DNA from: Ophelia neglecta
Lineage: Eukaryota
Length of the DNA: 64,000 nucleotides
NCBI GenBank assembly: GCA_965285935.1
Contig: OZ260664.1
Location: 65,844,001 to 65,908,000, forward strand
Direction of reading: 5' to 3'
In this document: in pieces, positions 11,301 to 23,799 of the stretch
Numbering within the stretch: position 1 is the first letter of the stretch
How the letters are laid out: each line of letters opens with the position of its first letter
Translations under genes and position numbers: made by a program
The notes under the pieces: generated by a model
What the model saw: the letters and a program-made list of their open reading frames with translations, nothing else
Told to the model about the DNA's origin: nothing
Database searches by the model: none

Positions 11301-14300
11301 AAACCATCTGTTATAGGAATAGAAGTAAGAGTGTGGACCGAGACAAAAAGCCAGCTTCCAGCTTTGCTAAAAACATGGAAATGCGATAAAGCACCTACTT
11401 CGAAGAAAAAAATATTAAATGTTAGTATTCCATTGTGTTTTGTTTATAAACCTGGACATTTCAATCAGTGTTCTGTGTTAGTTCAAAGGAGCATTCTTCT
11501 CGCCTGGATATTGGATCCTGTGGCCTTTTCAGAGGAGAGACATAGGCGGACATTTTACAATAAAGCCGCAGCCAAAGTTCAGCACAATCTGGATATTCCC
11601 TCACCATATGAACTTCCAGAAAAGCCATTGGATAAATGTTTGACTTGGTGGCTCAAGTTACAGACTCTAGTTCCATATTCACCTATTTGTGAATTAGAAC
11701 CAGGTGAGTTTTATAGGGTGAATTATTATACTCACTTTCACATTAATGTTTCCCTTTTCATATCTGCCTAATATTTGGCTCAAAACTACATTTAATGATT
11801 GCTAATAATTTTGCATAGATAATTATACAACTTTATCATTCCATTTGCCAGCAATATTCCCCTACCGCTGTCATCTCAACATATTGACTAGAAGAAGTGT
11901 AATTTATGTTTTGACCCCATTAGTGGCGAGTTCTATAGAAGGAATATCATCATAATTACCATAAATGATCTAATAGAAAACGCGTCTCTAATAAAAGACG
12001 TACTCTTAGTTTTATAAAAAGGTTGGGCCATAGATTCATTTGGATTTTTGTACTTTAAAAGTTTTCTAAAGGAACTTAGTTATTCCAAAACAAGACTAAT
12101 CCCCACATTTGCCACAAAATTTTATTTTTTTCTAATGAAATAGAACAAAAGTGAATCTTCTATTAGAACAAATATGGTAATTTTCTGACTGCGTGAATAT
12201 TAATGTGTGTGCTTTAACAGGTGGTTATTCTTTTTAATAAATTAAATATTAATTTGTGTCAAAGTATGAAACCTGGGCACAATTTTCATGAACATCTATA
12301 CTTTTACATTTTGTTTGTTGATTCAGAGAGGATAAAATTGTTTATTTTAAGTTCAAATCACCACCATTGCAGTTAGATTTACTTCCTTGCTGTAGAGTAT
12401 ATTTCTCATGCTGTTATGTTTCTTTCAGAGGTGTTCCATGCCATAGTATTTCCAGTTGCTTTAAGTGGCCAACAGTATGGTGTACACCGCGTTCTACCAA
12501 CCTATAAAAATGAGAATCTCAATAAAGTACATAGCAGATCAGTAACACCTCCTAACCTTGTGTAGGTAAACTTTTACATGTACTAGCACATATGGTACAT
12601 ATTTTAGTATTGTTTGCAGGATGCCATTATTGCACATCTTTTTAGACCAATGCCATGCAAGTCCTAATTTATGAAGAAATGAAATGAAATATTCCATTCT
12701 TTTATTACAGATTAACTGATATATAATGAAAAATTTGTGTCTGTATTTTAGATTTACAGTATCGATATGGGTGTATATAACCGAGTATTGCCCTAGTGGC
12801 AGGATGTGCAGTGTCCTGCAGAGGATAACCTGGGATGACAGGTTAATGACTCCCCTTGTCTACATCAACAACAAAGGTATACTAGCTTTTGTGAAGGTCA
12901 AAATCTGATATACTCATAATGAGATTTAATGTAATAGATGTAAGATAAATTGAATCAGTGGCAGATCCAGGATTTTAGGAAGGGGCAAATTTTCCAAAGC
13001 TGACCCATGACCCAAGACTAGGCAAAATTAATCAAGTCATCTTGTCATCAAATTTATCATCCTGTATGTCTAATAAGTGAGGCGATTATTAAATACAAGC
13101 ATCTGGTCAAAAAGATTTGTTTAACTTTTTTAAATGTCTAATGCAACTATTTGAAGGTTAAAGTAAACAATTCACTCACAGAAGCGATTTTTTATTTTTG
13201 CAGGAAAGATCCACTTTCAAGTAACAACTTTTAAAGGTGTAGCCAAAGCTTTCCTAGTAGAAAGTATATTGCCAAAAGAACAATGGTGTCGAATAACTGT
13301 CACATATAAAAAGGACCAGGTTTGTATGACGAGAATATTTTCATGAATCCTGTTTTGCAATTTTTAATACAACATCTTTATTGATTCTGTTTATAATACC
13401 TACCTTATGGAATGTTCATAATTAGTACCGGTGAGGTAGGGGTGGGATGGGCATTGATGGTGCGCTATTTTTTTTTTGTTATAATGTCGGGGGGGGGGGG
13501 GGAGGTACCACTTTTTCATTTAGGGTCACCTACTTGCACACCTATTTGCACACAATCCCTGAAGCAATCTTCTTTTTCCCCCTGGCATTCTGCTCTTGGC
13601 CAAAACTGAATGACAAGGTATAAAAAATAGTGTTTATTCTTGTATTAGGACATTGTTTTATTTATTTTTCTGGGTTTACATGCTATCATGTTTTCTCAGT
13701 ACATTACGCAGAATATTAATTTTTGGCAGTATTCAAGATTGCTCCGTTTTGTAGGATCTATTTAATAAAGTTGAGTTGCCACTAATAATTTTTGTACAGA
13801 CCCCCACCCCCCAAAAAAACCCACTAAATAAAGAATGCAAATAATACAAATGATCATTTTAATGTTTATTTCTTCCAATCTCCATTTCAGTTTGACATTT
13901 CCCTGAACTTGAAGGACACACCAACGCCGTCTTGGACTCATATGATTAAGTAAATACATTAAATTATCACTTAAAATGTGTGAATGCATGCAATCTTTAT
14001 TAGTCTACTAATATATAGAATTCCTATAGTCATATTCTCTTTATATTAAGTCATACTGCAATGAATTGATTATTGTAAGGAAGTTGTTAAAATGCCAAAT
14101 CCAACCCAAAGCATCAGCATGAGTTGCAAGAGTTTATCTTAGCCAAATTAAACTCCTGCCTGTTTGTATTTATTAGATTCAGTTAAGAGGTAATCATGTT
14201 GAAAGTTGTCTTCTTATGATATTAACATAATACTTTGTGTCCTGTGTCCAGGCTTGGACGTGAGAATGGTCGACTGTGGTACAATGACAGCCAAGGTCTG

Positions 14301-17300
14301 ACTGTGTTTGGAGGAACTGAAGTTCATGCTGCCTTCAAAGGATACATTGGCATGGCAACCATCTACAGACGCAGATTTGTCCCACCGGAAAAGGTCAGCC
14401 ATCACTGATTTAGTCAGAGTATGAACTTGATCCATGTATATTTGCACACCCTATTCATGCATAATGTAGGCTGCAAATTTGCTGCTTATAAATAATATTT
14501 TCCCTTTTGAGGAAAATGAAAATAGAATTGTATTCAGTACTTTACATGAATGTTGTTGAAAGGAGTGGGTTTATCTGTCTACCAAGGTGAAAATATAACT
14601 GGAAAATCCTGTACTTTTATTATAAGTAATGGTGCATTTTTTTCGTCCAATAGATTCCTTTTCCTGACCCATACCACCCTATGTTTGAACTTGATCTCAG
14701 TGAGAGAGAACATAAATGTAGAAAGTACATTACTTGGATCAAGGGAAGGATTACCAATTATAAACATCTGCTACAATATATCATTGATAAAAGTGAGTTG
14801 TTTTTGTGTTAACTCCTTGTTAGGCATGTCTAGTTCTAATTAATAGTGTGGTTGTGTGATATGGTCCCAAACGTGGTAGCGGGCTCACAGGCAGGTTACG
14901 CTATAAATAGTGACTTGGTTTTTACCTGTCATCTGTTTACAATTGTGTCATAATGAAATACAGTGAAACATCCCGAAACAAAAAAAAAGAAGGTGAGACC
15001 CATTTATAAGGGTGACCTCGGTCGCCGAATTCCGCTATATACATTTCTAAAAATGACCTATATCCAGGTTACATCTGCCCTTTCAGAAAGTTGCAGGAAT
15101 GAGCAGATGGACCTGTTTGGGCTCTATTCTGCTGCCAACTATTCCAGAAGTTGTCCATCATTTAAAGGACCTCGCCCTGGCCAATATAAATTTGTACATG
15201 GTTTGGTGAGAAGATGGGTGCTTGATTCTCACAACTTCACTTTGGCCTCTCTAGGACAAGCAATGTTTGATAATGCCACACATATACTGGTATTTATTAT
15301 AGTATAAACGTTTTCTTGTGAAACATGTTAACACTGGTTGCAACTTTATATTTGAAAAAATCTGGCTAGTGTTTTTATTTAACTTTTATGGATATAGTCA
15401 TAATCAATAGATTCAGTGAGACATAATCCTCATCATCAAATGTGGAATTAGAAGTTTAATATATATTAACTGTTTTAAGAAGGTCAAAAAGAAATTGTTT
15501 GAAAAGTAATCATTGGTTTACTTATTATATTGATTACAATTGTTTATTAATGACTTGATAATATATTATCTAAAATCTTATTAAACATGCAAAATTTCAC
15601 TAGGAAGAGGAGGGACTAACTGCAATGAAAAAGTTGATCTCTCCCCTGAAACAGGCTAGTTGCTATGGCAACCATGATGCCACCTATATGTTGGCAGTGA
15701 TCCTCAGTCAGGGTCTGGTAGTGAAGTCTGATGAAATACAGGTAAGGCAGTAGTATATATAAAGGGGTTCTTGACCCTCTGCTCCTCAGTAGTATAAATA
15801 AAACATAGGCACCAAATGGTTGTTCGGAGTTTGAAAACATGGTTGCCAAGTTAAGTTGATGTTCTAAGTTGTTTCTCTGACATTTTAGTCACTCACTTAT
15901 CTGATGTATGGAGCCCAAGATGGGCACAGACTTTGTTTGATGGCCCTCGGCAACAAACACTACCATGGATTAGATGGAATTCCCATGGACAAGGAACAAG
16001 CTTATGGTGAGCATAATTAACCCCTGCCCTTAGCACTTGCCATAGAGTAATGCACTGTATAGAGAGGCAGTGTGGTAGGGGGATTGTATGCTATGATAGG
16101 GTGGTTCACCTAAGAGGGCTATCTACTATCTGTAGATGCTACCAGTACTTAGGCATATATTACAGTACCACTGCAACGTGAACCTGGGTAGCCGTCAAGA
16201 ATTGTCAAGCAAAACCTGATTTATATATGAACCCCTACAATTCAAGAACCACACTCACCGGCAACTACACTTTATTAATACTGGCATGTAGATAATAAGA
16301 TGAATAGGTAAATTGAAGTAAGCTGGACAATGTACATTATGATGATGTACTCTATTTAAATACTTCTTTTATTACAGTTTATTTCAAGGAAGTCGCTGAC
16401 AAAACTAGGCTAGATCGTGAAGCCCACAAAGAATCTGATGTGAGTACATTCAGTGTGCCATCTTACTTTGCAGAAACTAACATTAAGAAATTATTCAAAT
16501 GCATAAACGTTGAATTCTAACTTGTAACCAACATTCTCCTCCAAATATGCTTATAGCATTAATAAATTGATTTAATGATATCTAATTTTGTTTAAGTCAA
16601 GGAAACAAATTGATTAATTTGTTTGTTCAGGTATTTACGGAGCACATTCGACTGACTGATGACAAAGCTCTGGAACTGTTCACAGAAGAGACTGGTGATT
16701 TGTTCCAGTGGTTTAAGCACCAAGCTGCCCAAGGAGTCCTTAGCGCTCAGGTATGTGAAAACTCATTTTCATGACTCCACCCTACAGACATGGTGTCTAG
16801 TTACTTCACTCTGTGACCAGTTTAATATATTGTCATGAAGCTAGCCATATAGACAAGGCCACAGTGTTACTACCTATAGAGATATATCAGACATGGTGTC
16901 TAGTCACTTCACTCTGTGACCAGTTTAATATATTGTCATGAAGCTAGCTGTATAGACAAGGCCACAGTGTTACTACCTATAGAGATATATCAGACATGGT
17001 GTCTAGTCACTTCACTCTGTGACCAGTTTAATATATTGTCATGAAGCTAGCTGTATAGACAAGGCCACAGTGTTACTACCTATAGAGATAGATCATCTAG
17101 TAGTACAGTTCAGTATCACTAGTGTCACACAAGATTATTATCAAGATGAGTAACATTAGATTCATTGATCGGACTAGCTGAGGGGAAATTGTTTTTATAA
17201 ATCTGTCAGTTTAAGAAGCCATGTGTCACATAAAGTCTTGTGTAAGATAACTTAGCCAGTTGGGGCTAGGTTCATGATTCAACAACAGTAGATTCCTGAA

Positions 17301-20300
17301 TACACACATGAGACAGTTTATGAATATCCTGCCATCAGTAGATTCGTTTTTCCAAATCAAACTGCATGAGCAATGACGTGATGAAACAAAAATGTTTTAA
17401 GTGAACCTGAAAATTATGTGTCTGAGATAAATCCTAAGAACCATGTATGTATTATGTAAGTTCCTTATGCTTCCTTCTATTGCGTGTTAGTTTTTCTAGA
17501 GTTTAGAGATAGTTCATTTATACTTGTGTTTTCAGAAAGACTTAGCTCGTATGATGTTTTGGGGCTCTCAAGGTATCAAACGTGACCTGCGTGCCGCTGT
17601 AGAACAGTACCGTATTGCTGCTGAGGCTGGTGACAATTTGGCTCAGTATGATTACGGAATTGTTCTGCTCCGGGTGAGTACTGTCTTCAATCACCAGTTT
17701 CCATCTGTTTCAGATTTGGCAGGAAAGGATTTCTATAATTAAACCAGTTTTCCCATTTAAAAGAAAACACAACAATGTACTGTATGCCTAAATCTGGGTA
17801 TGCATATAATCTTCATTTAAAAATTACTGGCCAGTTTGCCTAAAACAATGCATGGATATTTATAAAAAGGAAGAATCCAGTTGGAAAGTTACCTAGCTTC
17901 ATTCAATTGACATGGAAATGCATAAGTGCCTTCATTCATAAATATACAATGTACTATTATGAAGATATTTTTAAATTAGGCAAAATCAGAAATGTATAGC
18001 CATGTATCCATTATCTTATATTTTTTGCAATTGAACATATACTTGTACATTGTGATATACATTTAGATATTATAAACAAGAAGCAAAATAATTTGTTGTT
18101 TAACATGTATAAATATACATTTGGATTTCAGGGTCAAGGAACAGAAAAGAATGTATCGAAAGCTTTGCACTACTTAGAAAAATCTGCAGCCAAAGGTAAT
18201 CATTTGGCCCTCAGCGCTCTTGGATGGCATGCCTTGGAAATAGAAGGCAACAGAAGCAAAGCTGCTGGTTATTTAGAGAGGGCCCATGCTCTTGGGAATC
18301 CTGATGCTAGCCACAACCTAGGATCAATGATTATGATGGGGAGGCACCCTAATTATACTACTGGTGACAAGGTGAGAACTGGGGATGAAAAACATGACAC
18401 CACTCCCACACCCACATGTCAATCACTCACTGCTCCTTGATTTCAAACATAATATATTATACACATGTATATTAAATATATATATCTTCATGTGTATTTC
18501 GTCCTACTGAAAACAACTTTATGAAATTAGTGTCATTGTTTGTACTACAATATTCATAGTAGCCGACATTTTGCTTTTTCATAGCACTTTCTAGCTGCAC
18601 AAGTCAGGTTCTGTATCAGCATGTGTTACAATGAGTGTAAAACAGAGTCACTTGCATACCGTATATTAAGATATTATGATACAAGATACCAAGATACAAT
18701 GGTTGATATCATAGCCTATTGTTTTTTTTACTAAGTTATATTTCTTTGCAAATTTGAATACTATACAGTTAGGTTTTTTAAACCACCTCCATTATCATAC
18801 TACCATTTTCCAGTCACTTGTAGGGTCTTAATCCCAGCTTTCACTGTATTCCCTAGTTATTTTCTTGATGAGATATCAAACCATTTCTAAATTAATTGTA
18901 TTTGTTTGATAACTAAAATGCCTATGAATGTACATTTGAACTTACATTCCTTTGCTAGGTTAAAGCATTTGAATACTTTGCGATTGGAGCAAAAAGAGGA
19001 CAACTTGACTCAGGAATAATGGTAGGATTGTTCAACATGAGGGGTCACCCACTAGTTGAAAGGAATCCTAGGCTAGCCGCAGAGTAAGTCAGTTCTTGAT
19101 TTGTCTATACAAAATATATTACAGCAGTTCTAATACCTTACAATGGGACAACAGTTTTTTATTGGTGCTTGTTCAGAATAAAGCTAATATTATTGTCATA
19201 CTTCTGGATTCTGTTATCCCGTGAATCACTGGTCTCATATATATATATTTACTGTGAAACAGCCCATATGTTTGGCCAGTTTATATAAATTGTCCATCCC
19301 ATTTTAAGCATTTTATAGTTATCATATTGGTCCTGCCAACCAGTGTAATACAGGACCCAATAAGGTTGGGAAGTGTCATCAGCTGCAGACATGTCCTAGA
19401 ATGCCCCTAGTATCCATAATCTCATCAATATATTATTTTCGTCCTTTCTTTAGCTGAAAAATGATATAATATTTATTAGTAATAATTTGCTGGCAACATT
19501 TCAGAACTATATTGATTTCTTACCTAATTTAAGTGCAGATAATGCCTAACATTTAAAAAAAAAAGTCTATAGCATGTTATCTTATTTCAGTTGGGCAAGA
19601 TGGGTTTTTGAACATAACCCTGCACTTGGAAAAATACTGGCAAAGGGACTGCGGGCCTATAAAAACCAGAACTGGTGAGTGGAAAATTACTAAACTTAAA
19701 GCAGTTATACCCAACATGACATTCATAGCACTTTAAAACCCCAAATGAAGTATAATTGTTTTTCTATTTTGAGTACCGGGGTAGGCATTTTAGCAGAATG
19801 CTTGAAAGTTAATGCAAAATCTCCTATTTATACTTTTTTCAAAAATGGAGTGGAATACTGTATTCTCTGTTTAAAGCACCCTGGGCACTTAAATATTTGT
19901 ATGACCCAAGAATGCTGAAAGCATCCAAAAACAAGTGAAAAAGGTCAAAATGGAAAGATTTTGTCAGAAAAACAGGAAGGCGGGCCCTTATCAGGGCATA
20001 GTCGTTTATTAAGTCAAATACGGTACTAGTAATGCCTCAACTCCAGCTGTCATTCTGCCTTGGAAATCACATTACTAGTACTACACCAGTGGTCCCCACA
20101 ATGAAGTGACCCAATGATGAAGGGACTCCCTCCGGCCACAGGACATTTTTCTATTCACATGCCCTATCTTTCTATGTTAATGTGCCTCTGATGAAGGGAC
20201 ACCTGCTATATAGGGACACATTTGCTTGGATGCAGAGGTATACCTACATCGCAGGGACCACTGTAGTAGGGAAGTCTTTCCTTTTTATTTCACAGAGCCA

Positions 20301-23300
20301 AAGTATTTTCTTCTATTAGCATTTTCTTCTAAGTTTTCAGGGTCATTAAGCATTTATTCTTTCTCCAGGGAGGATGGCATGAACATGTTTCTGTACCTTA
20401 CTGAGACATTTAGGATCATATCTCTTATACATTGTACAGTCTTTAACCATGGAAAGGTTCTTACAGATACTGTATGTTTATTCATTATCATTGTGACAAA
20501 GGGCTAATAAGAGTAAGCAGTCATTGGAATAAATAAATAAATAACTACCAGGTATGCTTAATTGTGAGATTTATAAGACGCTGTATATTCCTATTATGAT
20601 GTTTTTGTGTATTTTTTTTGTCAATTCTATGGAATAACATTGTTTACTACATTGTTTGGCTTATTCTCACTGAAGGTCTTGTTCTCCTCCACCCCCACCC
20701 CCCCCCCTCCCCCCAAAAAACCCACTAAATACTTGTAGATAAAATGACAGTTATGTCCCAAACAGTTACAGATCATGTATCCAAGGTCTGGCTGGAATTG
20801 CCCAGCTTCCTTATTACATTGAATAAACATAAACAAAATTGGCATAATTTTCAGGATCAAATAATATAAGGTGAAGATGGGTTTCAGCAAATGTTGGTAA
20901 AATTATGGACCATTTCCCCTGTGCATCATCATATAATTGTCACAGTTATTTTGAAATTGAAATGTTTGGTACTATTAGTTGGGAATATACATGTATATAT
21001 TAATTTAAGAGACCATAAATGCCAGAATTGTCATTATGTGTTCTGCTTTTTATAGGCCTGCAGCCTTGGTGTACTACATGATGTCTGCAGACACTGGGCT
21101 CGAAGTGGCCACCTTCAACCTGGCCCATCTTTGTGAAGAAAACAAGGTATAGACAGCTTAACTTATTATAAATACAAAAACTGCTGAATGCTACTAGTCA
21201 AGACTGCACTCATCAAATTCCTAATGAATAAGAGTGTCTATTGAATACCTGAACCAGTAGAATATAAGTTTCAGTTGTGCCTACTGTATTCTACCATCTA
21301 AGGATCCATGCCTTAATAAACACCCACCCTCCTTTTTTCTGAAAATCTTCCTATTTTGGCTTTTTTTGTGGGGAGTTCTCTCATTTTTTTCTTAGGTCAC
21401 TTAAATATCTAAGTGCCCTGGGTGCTTAGTACAGAGAATATGGTAGTCAATTTCCAGGATGCAAGTAAATAGTTATGCCATACATTTAGTGTGCTTAATA
21501 GCGAAAAATCTGTAATATTAAATATTTAATTTGTTTTTTGTTTCAAGGAAGGCTTGTCCGCTTACCTTCAGAAGGAATGTGTCTACAAATATTATAATTT
21601 GTCGACTCAGCGTCGCCATGACATGGTTCACCCATACTGTGAGTCCCCTACTATTGTAAATCCCTATAATTTAGTGCCAGGAATCATTGTAGTGTCCTGT
21701 ACACCAATGTTTCTAAGTATACAGTGCACATTCAGCCAAATGTCATAACATATTGACTTAAATAGTAGTTCTTGATGATTATAAAGCTTTAACTTGTTGG
21801 TCAGTCAGTTTCGTTTATAAATATTGTGTACGCATTGATTTCTATTAACATAGATGTTTAATTTTTAGTAGCAGATGGTCATTTACTATGGAGGGGTGGC
21901 TGAAAATCCTTGGGGGGGGGGGGGGGGAAGAATTGTAACACCATCCCGTGTTGGGTCCTTTCTATGGGGGGAGGGTGGTCATAAAAACCAAATCACCCTT
22001 GAAAATTGATAAATTATATGCCTGAATTTATAAAGAAAAATTGTAAAATTGTTTTGTTCTTCAATTTTTAGACAGAAGTATCAAAAATTTTTGTGCTTCT
22101 TGCTATTATCTTGCTTCATTTGCCTTCCTACAAAACCACTACACATTTTAATGCCTCATTTTGAGGGTGTGCAAATAAAAATGTCTGCTTACGGGGCGGC
22201 AAAGTGGATGGGAGGAGGGGGGGAGGGTCAAAGAATCAGCAGTGTCTCTGAAGGGGGGGTCACAGAATAGGCATACTCTCTGATGGAGGGGGTCATAAAT
22301 TTCACCGAGACTGGAGAAACAATTTGCCCCCCCCCCCTCCCCCTATAGCCTATGACCACCCTTTAATAGTCTAAATTGTTCTTATTAAAGTGGAAATATA
22401 TGTAAATACCTTACTAAAAGTTACTGATACCATGTACATTTTATATAGCATATATCAAAATGGGAGACTACCACTGGTATGGTTGCCAGGGTCACAGGGA
22501 CCCAGTGAAGGCGGCACAGATGTACAGCAATGCTGCCTCTAGGGGAGAACCACATGTATGACTATTATACTGTCTGGCTTAACCTGGAAGCACTGATGTA
22601 CAGCCAGTATCAAGCTTTTATTGATTGGCATCAAAAGAGCTCTGCAAATGTTTAACATTACTCTCGCAAAATCTCATATGCATATCTTATCTATAACATT
22701 TAGTTCACAATTCACAATTTTTTACCAAATAATGGAAACACTACAGTCATAAATAGCAAGGTTGATAAAAAGTGAACTAATTTTTCAGGCCATATTTAAT
22801 CTGGCATTCCTTGTTGAAGAAGGTATTTATATCCCGCCCAGAATATGGAAGAAACTCAGACTTGAGCGAAGGGACTTAGCATCCAATGTGACCCTGCTGA
22901 CTGCATTGTATACTAGGTATATCCCATTTATCACTTGGCCTATCAAAGTTTACCCTTGTTGTATGTGATTACAATGTAATTTCTTTCTCAAAGAAGGGAC
23001 ACTTAGTATTTGGTTATATACAAAACACATATCAATAATGTGTCTTGTATTGGTATTACAAAATTCCTTTGGAAAACTGTTAATTATTTAAATCCAAAAA
23101 TAAGCTATGGTCCAACCTTTTTCTATTATCTAAGGGTGTGTCCCCTATTAGATTTGTGTCTTCTATTAGATCATTTATGGTACGGTTGTAAATGAAGTAT
23201 ATAAACAGATTTTATTTAGGCTTGAAAACTGCTGACCATTTCTTTTATATTGATTGATATTGATTTTATATTTGTATTTTATCAGATGTAAGCAATCCAG

Positions 23301-23799
23301 AAATTCAGAAGCATACCTTCCTTGCTCCTTAGCTTTGTGGAGGATTCAGTTTGTGGAAATTTGGACAAATTATGGATTCTTTGTTAAGGTCAGTTTCAAA
23401 AGGCACCCTAAAAGAGATACATACATAAATGTTTGTTTAATTGATTGCTTAAACAGGTATGATTAAAGAGTAATGTTCTTTGAATCATAGTACTTTTTTA
23501 TAGAAATTTCACCTTATTTGTGTTTTTGTATGAAATTCAAAATAAAGCTTAAGATGTGATAAATGTTACATAAGGGCAAGAAGATAAGCTTTATCATTTA
23601 TGCACAATGCATTTTGTTAAAATACAGGCAAAATCTTCATGGTGTTTTTTAATCTTTTTCTGTTTGATTTAATCTATTTTAGTTTACTTATCTATTTCAG
23701 TTTACTAGTGTCATTGGGATTCTCGTGGGATTCACAATAACAGCCACATCTCTGTATGCCTACTTCCATGGAAACCACATTACCATCAACACTGTATGA
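8352..23799 (+). CDS. SEL1L3: Protein sel-1 homolog 3 (signal peptide, concanavalin/LamG-like region, Sel1 repeats, C-terminal TM), 23 exons, about 1056 aa
   Basis: Phase-consistent exons: 8352-8420, 11163-11703, 12429-12561, 12752-12876, 13204-13319, 13891-13949, 14252-14393, 14654-14792, 15087-15289, 15604-15741, 15889-16006, 16378-16439, 16631-16750, 17536-17673, 18132-18371, 18959-19083, 19591-19674, 21056-21146, 21548-21638, 22449-22555, 22789-22916, 23286-23388, 23701-23799. Motifs match SEL1L3: VEYSCS, FTVSIWVY...C, WYNDSQG..VFGG, LARMMFWGSQG, YDYGIVLLRGQG, YIKMGDYHWYG, AIFNLAFLVEEG, EAYLPCSLAL. AATAAA at ~24892. Confidence 0.93.
8928..9104. mobile_element. MITE, Tc1/mariner-pogo type (family A)
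   Basis: TIRs CAGTGGTCCCTG / CAGGGACCACTG, TA on both sides, internal repeats of CCTCCGATGAAGGGCCACC. Confidence 0.85.
11959..12177. mobile_element. MITE with CCATA...TATGG ends and TA flanks (family C)
   Basis: TA-CCATAAATGATCTAATAGAA ... TTCTATTAGAACAAATATGG-TA. A related end occurs at ~23180. Confidence 0.65.
16785..17090. repeat. Intronic minisatellite, 3 x 103 bp
   Basis: Unit CAGACATGGTGTCTAG...TATAGAGATATAT starts at 16785, 16888 and 16991; copies are near-identical. Confidence 0.95.
19858..20023. mobile_element. MITE with CTGTA/TACGG ends (family B, copy 1)
   Basis: TA-CTGTATTCTCTG...AAATACGG-TA. Homologous to 21284-21443 in the opposite orientation. Confidence 0.7.
20087..20263. 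mobile_element. MITE family A, diverged second copy
   Basis: CAGTGGTCCC...CGCAGGGACCACTG-TA; same length and internal GATGAAGGGAC motifs as 8928-9104. Confidence 0.8.
21284..21443. mobile_element. MITE family B, copy 2 (inverted relative to copy 1)
   Basis: Its reverse complement aligns to 19858-20023 (TATTCTCTGT..AAGCACCCxGGGCACTTA.ATATTT...GGAAGATTTT). Confidence 0.7.
21874..22362. mobile_element. Degenerate G-rich non-autonomous element, possibly a PIF/Harbinger-type MITE
   Basis: GATGGTCAT...ATGACCACCC-TTA ends, with poly-G and poly-C subterminal blocks. Boundaries approximate. Confidence 0.35.
23005..23180. mobile_element. MITE family C, degenerate copy
   Basis: Right end TTCTATTAGATCATTTATGG-TA is the reverse complement of the left end of 11959-12177. 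Left boundary approximate. Confidence 0.45.

Noticed and set aside
16785-17090. Direct repeats as a possible CRISPR array (also the 138-bp repeats at 45844-46670)
   Set aside because: Contiguous repeats without unique spacers, eukaryotic context, and no cas genes.
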